Positions 59,650 to 64,000 of a DNA stretch of 64,000 nucleotides are shown piece by piece. The stretch covers positions 10,842 through 74,841 of IMG/VR virus record IMGVR_UViG_3300025684_000016, one strand, 5' to 3'. Source of the DNA: a virus. Made by a program: the position numbers and the translations under genes. Below the pieces are notes generated by a model that was not told the origin of the DNA, made no database searches, and worked only from the letters and a program-made list of their open reading frames with translations. Within the stretch, counting starts at the first letter, position 1; every line of letters starts with the position of its first letter.

Positions 59650-62103
59650 CTAAGAACCACATCCTTCACAATCAAATGGTGAATCATCGGGTCTAATATC
59701 CTGATTAGTTACCATTTTTAACTCTTTATTTTCACTTAAAAGTGAATTAGAAGTCGGTATAGGGTTGTTTTCAATTACTTCTTTTTGAGGTTCCGTATTC
59801 ACATCAGGTGTTTTCTTCTTAGATGTGTTTACTCCTAAACCTTTAAGTGGGTCAACCGCCGACCTTGTTCTTAAGTAGTACATACCTGTTTTTAAACCTA
59901 ACTTCCACCCATGTAGGTGTGCAGCTAATAGTTTTGCTTTGGTTGCATTACTAATGAAAAGGTTGAGTGATTGTGACTGATCAATAAATACTGATCTATT
60001 AGCCGCCATATTAAGAAGTCTCTTTTGTGACATTTCCCATACGGTTTTAAAGACTTCTTTAATTTCTGTTGGAATTTCAGGTATATTTTGTACTGACCCG
60101 TTTTCCATAATTAATTTATCTTTAATTTCATCACCCCACAAACCAACCGACATTAGTTCATTAACTAAGTGTTTGTTTATAACAATGAATTCACCACCTA
60201 AAGTTCTTCTTGAATATAGATTCGTAGTAAACGGTTCAAATGCTTCATTATTATTTAGGATCTGTGCGGTAGACGCGGTTGGCATCGGTGCAACTAATAA
60301 GGAATTCCTCACACCGAATTTAATCACTTCTTTTCTAAGTGATGACCAGTCCCATCTACCAGATAGATCTTTATCTTTTAATCCCCACATTTGGTATTGG
60401 AAAATACCTTTCTCAATTGGTGATTCACTTATTGATTCATATGGTCCGTGAACTTCAGCAAGATCTTTAGAAGATGTCATTGCCGCAAAGTATAAAGTTT
60501 CAAAGATGTCAGTCTGTAGTGTGTCTCCCTCTTCAGATTCAAAAGGTATTTTTAACATACAAAACACATCTGCCAAACCTTGAACACCAAGACCCACAGG
60601 TCTGTGACGCATATTAGATTTTTCAGTTTCCTTTGTTGGGTAGAAATTTAAATTGATTACATTATTTAAATTTTTAACTACTTGGTAAACATATTCATAT
60701 AATAACTTATGACTGAACTCCCCATCAATAATATACTTAGGTAATGCTATAGATGCTAAGTTACACACCGCCTGTTCGTCAGGTGATGAGTATTCAATAA
60801 TCTCAGTACAAAGGTTAGAAGACTTAATAGTCCCTAAATTTTGTTGATTTGATTTGTAATTTGCAGGATCTTTATATAACATGTATGGAGTACCTGTCTC
60901 AATCTGTGCAGTTAAGATAGCGTCCATTAATTTTCTTGCTTTTAAGACTCTACGACCTTTACCTTCACTTTCATACTTTTCGTACAATTCTGTAAAGTTT
61001 TTATTATCAGGTGAGTCATAAACATCAGAAAGACCAGGTGCTTCATCAGGTGAAAATAGTGTCCAATCACCATCTTCTTGTACTCTTTGCATAAATAAAT
61101 CAGGTGTCCACATTGCAAGAAATAAATCTCTTGCTCTCATTTCTTCTTTACCGTGGTTTTTTCTTAGGTCAATGAATTCAAAGACATCTGCATGCCATGG
61201 TTCAAGATACACAGCAAAAGAACCTTTTCTTTTACCACCTTGATTAATCCATCGTGCAACTTCGTTATACGTTTTCATCATAGGGAGTAAACCGTCAGAT
61301 TCACCACCAGTTCCTTTAATATAAGAACCCTTTGCTCTTACATCATGAACATGTAGTCCAATACCACCAGCCCACTTAGATATATTTGCAACGTCTTGAA
61401 TAGTATTAAATAAACCATTAATATCATCACCTTTATTTCCAATTAGGAAACATGAGGACATTTGTGGTCTACGGGTACCCGCATTGAACAACGTTGGTGT
61501 TGCGTGAGTGTAGAAGTGTTGCGACAAGTCATCGTAAATTCTTAGACCCATTTCAATATCACCATCACAAATACCCATTGCAACTCTCATATACAAATAT
61601 TGTGGTCTCTCAACTATACGTTCACCGATTTTAAGTAAATAAGATCTTTCTAAAGTCTTAAATCCAAAGAAATCAAAATCAAAATCTCTTTCCTGTACAA
61701 TTGCACCGTCAATAACCGCTCTATTCTTTTTAACGAAATCAAATAATTCGTCAGAAATTAAAGAAGATTCAGTACCTGTTCGAGGTTCAATAAAAGAATA
61801 TAACTCCTTAATTGATTGTGAAAACTTCTTTGGTGTTGTTTTATGTAGGTTAGTAACCGCTAAACGTCCCGCTAATTTTGCATAGTCAGGGTGGGTAGTT
61901 GTCATTGACGCAGCTGTCTCAGCAGCTAACGTATCTAACTCCGTTGATGATATTCCATCGTATATACCCTGTGTAACTTTTAGGGTGATGTACGTTGGAT
62001 CAACATAATCTAAATTTAAATCAGAACACAAAGAGGAAATTCTCCTTGTGATCTTATCATATCTCATTTCCTCTAAGGAACCATCTCTTTTTTTAACTTT
62101 CAT
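59650..62103 (-). CDS. nrdA: Ribonucleoside-diphosphate reductase alpha subunit (class Ia, ATP cone)
   Basis: VKKRDG ATP cone, ATPTLFNAG, SSCF, SNLCTEI, APMPTAST, KTGMYYLR, C-terminal CEGC. Confidence 0.97.
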   Translation of the reverse strand: MKVKKRDGSLEEMRYDKITRRISSLCSDLNLDYVDPTYITLKVTQGIYDGISSTELDTLAAETAASMTTTHPDYAKLAGRLAVTNLHKTTPKKFSQSIKELYSFIEPRTGTESSLISDELFDFVKKNRAVIDGAIVQERDFDFDFFGFKTLERSYLLKIGERIVERPQYLYMRVAMGICDGDIEMGLRIYDDLSQHFYTHATPTLFNAGTRRPQMSSCFLIGNKGDDINGLFNTIQDVANISKWAGGIGLHVHDVRAKGSYIKGTGGESDGLLPMMKTYNEVARWINQGGKRKGSFAVYLEPWHADVFEFIDLRKNHGKEEMRARDLFLAMWTPDLFMQRVQEDGDWTLFSPDEAPGLSDVYDSPDNKNFTELYEKYESEGKGRRVLKARKLMDAILTAQIETGTPYMLYKDPANYKSNQQNLGTIKSSNLCTEIIEYSSPDEQAVCNLASIALPKYIIDGEFSHKLLYEYVYQVVKNLNNVINLNFYPTKETEKSNMRHRPVGLGVQGLADVFCMLKIPFESEEGDTLQTDIFETLYFAAMTSSKDLAEVHGPYESISESPIEKGIFQYQMWGLKDKDLSGRWDWSSLRKEVIKFGVRNSLLVAPMPTASTAQILNNNEAFEPFTTNLYSRRTLGGEFIVINKHLVNELMSVGLWGDEIKDKLIMENGSVQNIPEIPTEIKEVFKTVWEMSQKRLLNMAANRSVFIDQSQSLNLFISNATKAKLLAAHLHGWKLGLKTGMYYLRTRSAVDPLKGLGVNTSKKKTPDVNTEPQKEVIENNPIPTSNSLLSENKELKMVTNQDIRPDDSPFDCEGCGS

Positions 62104-62115
62104 CTTTTGTATATT

Positions 62116-63090
62116 TTAAAAATCCATTTCACCAAACGCAGAATCTAAATCCTCATCTCCTTCGGTATTAACTCCCGCCTTTTGGTATTCAGCGACTCTC
62201 TTTTCAAAGAAATTGGTTTTTCCTTGTAATGCAATGTTTTGCATAAAATCAAATGGGTTCTCAGTGTTAAATTTCTTTTCAATGTTTAAAGAATCCAATA
62301 ATCTATCAGTAACAAATTCTAAATATTGTTCCATTAAATCTGAGTTCATACCAATTAATCTAACTGGTAATGCTTCAAGAATAAATTCTTTCTCAATTTC
62401 TAATGCAGAAAGGATAATTTCCTCAATTCTTCCTTCTGGTAATTTATTTTCAATGTGTTCATTGTACAGATGACATGCAAAATCACAGTGAAGACCTTCG
62501 TCTCTTGAAATAAGTTCATTAGAAAAGGTTAAACCTGGCATTAAACCACGTTTCTTTAACCAAAAAATTGAACAGAATGAACCTGAAAAGAAAATACCTT
62601 CAACCGCAGCAAACGCAATAAGACGTTCTGCAAATGACTCGGAATCGATCCATTTAAGTGCCCACTCCGCCTTCTTTTGAATTGCTGGAATAGTTTCAAT
62701 GGCATTAAATAATCTATCTTGTTCTTCAGTATCTTTAATAAGAGAATCAATTAACAATGAATATGTTTCTGAGTGAATATTTTCCATTGCAATTTGAAAA
62801 CCATAGAAGAACTTAGCTTCTGTATATTGTACATCATTAATGAAGTTTTCTGCAAGATTCTCATTAACAATACCATCAGACGCCGCGAAGAATGCTAACA
62901 CATGTTTAACAAAATGTCTCTCGTCATCGTTTAATTTGTTAACCCAATCACTCACATCTTGTTGTAAGTCAATTTCCTCAGCAGTCCAAAAACTTGCTTC
63001 CTGTTGTTTATAATACTTCCAAATATCATTGTGTGTTATTGGGAATAGGACAAATCGTCCCGGATTTTCTTGTAAAATCTTTTCTGTCAT
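62116..63090 (-). CDS. nrdB: Ribonucleoside-diphosphate reductase beta subunit
   Basis: [53 protein letters not shown]. Confidence 0.97.
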   Translation of the reverse strand: MTEKILQENPGRFVLFPITHNDIWKYYKQQEASFWTAEEIDLQQDVSDWVNKLNDDERHFVKHVLAFFAASDGIVNENLAENFINDVQYTEAKFFYGFQIAMENIHSETYSLLIDSLIKDTEEQDRLFNAIETIPAIQKKAEWALKWIDSESFAERLIAFAAVEGIFFSGSFCSIFWLKKRGLMPGLTFSNELISRDEGLHCDFACHLYNEHIENKLPEGRIEEIILSALEIEKEFILEALPVRLIGMNSDLMEQYLEFVTDRLLDSLNIEKKFNTENPFDFMQNIALQGKTNFFEKRVAEYQKAGVNTEGDEDLDSAFGEMDF

Positions 63091-63105
63091 CTTAATTATT
63101 TTTAG

Positions 63106-64000
63106 TTATTGTTTAATTCCTTGTGATTGTTTGTACAATTCAGCCGCTCTTTTGTTGTTTCTTTGAACTTTATTCTGTTCAAATCCTAACATAGTCATCT
63201 GTTCCTCAAGAACGATATCCATCATTGCATTGTCAAACTTACAGTCATTGAAGGTAATACCGTCTTGACCAATTCTTGATTTGACTAAAGTTACGTTAGC
63301 CGTTTTGTTTTCTTTTTGTTCATTTGATCTTGATATAGATAAAATGATGTGTGATGATTGTGCCTTTTTAATAGAACCACCGAAATGATCCACACCTGGT
63401 ACATCAACAGTACTTGATTGTCTGTTACCTTGAGCCGCAGTCCAAACACCTATGTTCATTTCATGACACATAGATTCTATCGACCTAATAATTGCTCCTT
63501 CACCTTTCCACTCTTCACCATTGATTGACTTATCAGATGTAAGACAGTCAATATAATCAATAAGTACTAAGTCGGGTTTTTGTCCTTGTGCCGATACTTT
63601 TCTAATGATTCTTTTAATGTCCCCCGTTGTTGATGTTCCGTTAGGTAATCTAACCAACTTAAGACTACCAAATCCTTCTCTACTTGTCGCCTCTTTGATC
63701 TTCTGTTGAACATACGCCTTCTGTTCACTCTGATGTTTTGCTTGAACACCAGACCACACCGTAAAGTGTTTTCTTTGTATTTGTGCATTACTATCTTCAA
63801 AGAAGAACTGAATTACGTTCTTACCTTGATTAACCGCCGTGTTTGCAAACTTCGTTAAAATTGTTGTTTTACCTGTCCCCGTAGGTGCTAAGACCATACC
63901 TAATTCACCATGTGATAATCCACCGTCAAGTAAATTATCTAAACCAACAATTCCTGTCGCCATTGGAGTTCTCATATCGTTCTCTAACGCTTCAGAAATA
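63106..64000 (-). CDS. DnaB-like (T4 gp41-like) replicative helicase, C-terminal part (frame open to the window end)
   Basis: LAPTGTGKT Walker A, LIDYID Walker B, WTAAQGNR, KSRIG. Confidence 0.9.
   Translation of the reverse strand, partial: ISEALENDMRTPMATGIVGLDNLLDGGLSHGELGMVLAPTGTGKTTILTKFANTAVNQGKNVIQFFFEDSNAQIQRKHFTVWSGVQAKHQSEQKAYVQQKIKEATSREGFGSLKLVRLPNGTSTTGDIKRIIRKVSAQGQKPDLVLIDYIDCLTSDKSINGEEWKGEGAIIRSIESMCHEMNIGVWTAAQGNRQSSTVDVPGVDHFGGSIKKAQSSHIILSISRSNEQKENKTANVTLVKSRIGQDGITFNDCKFDNAMMDIVLEEQMTMLGFEQNKVQRNNKRAAELYKQSQGIKQ

Noticed and set aside
59650-63090. Introns or inteins in nrdA/nrdB
   Set aside because: Both are uninterrupted and of normal length with contiguous motifs.
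1-64000. Stop-codon reassignment, as in some large Bacteroidota phages
   Set aside because: The standard code gives long intact ORFs at high density, and TAA, TAG and TGA all terminate recognisable genes at the expected ends (e.g. nrdA ends in TAG).
1-64000. tRNA or rRNA genes
   Set aside because: No intergenic gap with a recognisable cloverleaf or rRNA-like sequence was seen by eye; a tRNAscan-SE run would confirm.

Overview
This AT-rich, densely coding 64-kb window is almost entirely on the minus strand. It looks like part of a jumbo/huge myovirus genome, most likely infecting Bacteroidota. Host clues are SprB repeats, an Hc1-like histone protein, an RpoD-like sigma lacking region 1.1, a TAnnTTTG promoter and A-rich translation starts without a Shine-Dalgarno sequence. 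In transcription order (right to left) it holds: a DnaB-like helicase (partial), nrdB and nrdA; a ~33-kb baseplate/tail-appendage block (gp25-like, gp6/J-like, several large structural proteins, a 2658-aa gp7-like protein and six accessory proteins with Pro/Ser/Thr linkers); a DNA-metabolism block (RuvC, primase, PD-(D/E)XK exonuclease, two cytidylyltransferases, Mre11/SbcD, Rad50/SbcC, ClpP); a sigma factor inside a putative lysis cluster; probable capsid-internal proteins; a DNA adenine methylase, thioredoxin and glutaredoxin; and tail-fibre genes. The most notable observations are: (1) a possible modular scaffold-and-dock appendage system, with 16 copies of an NCDFDVD(I/V)(D/N)I peptide between PS/PT linkers and a family of accessory proteins sharing a small N-terminal domain; (2) a probable -1 frameshift/slippage at an A11 run that adds 106 codons to a 4-TM protein; (3) two promoter classes, TATTTAT(A) before late genes and TT(G/T)NNN-17-TATATT before non-structural genes, several giving nearly leaderless mRNAs; (4) a degenerate Hint domain, a duplicated vWA domain and a cadherin+SprB adhesin; (5) a self-contained mini transcription unit between ruvC and primase; (6) strong [ST]-G-x-T / [ST]-G-S enrichment in virion proteins. 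All family assignments come from motif recognition by eye, not database searches.
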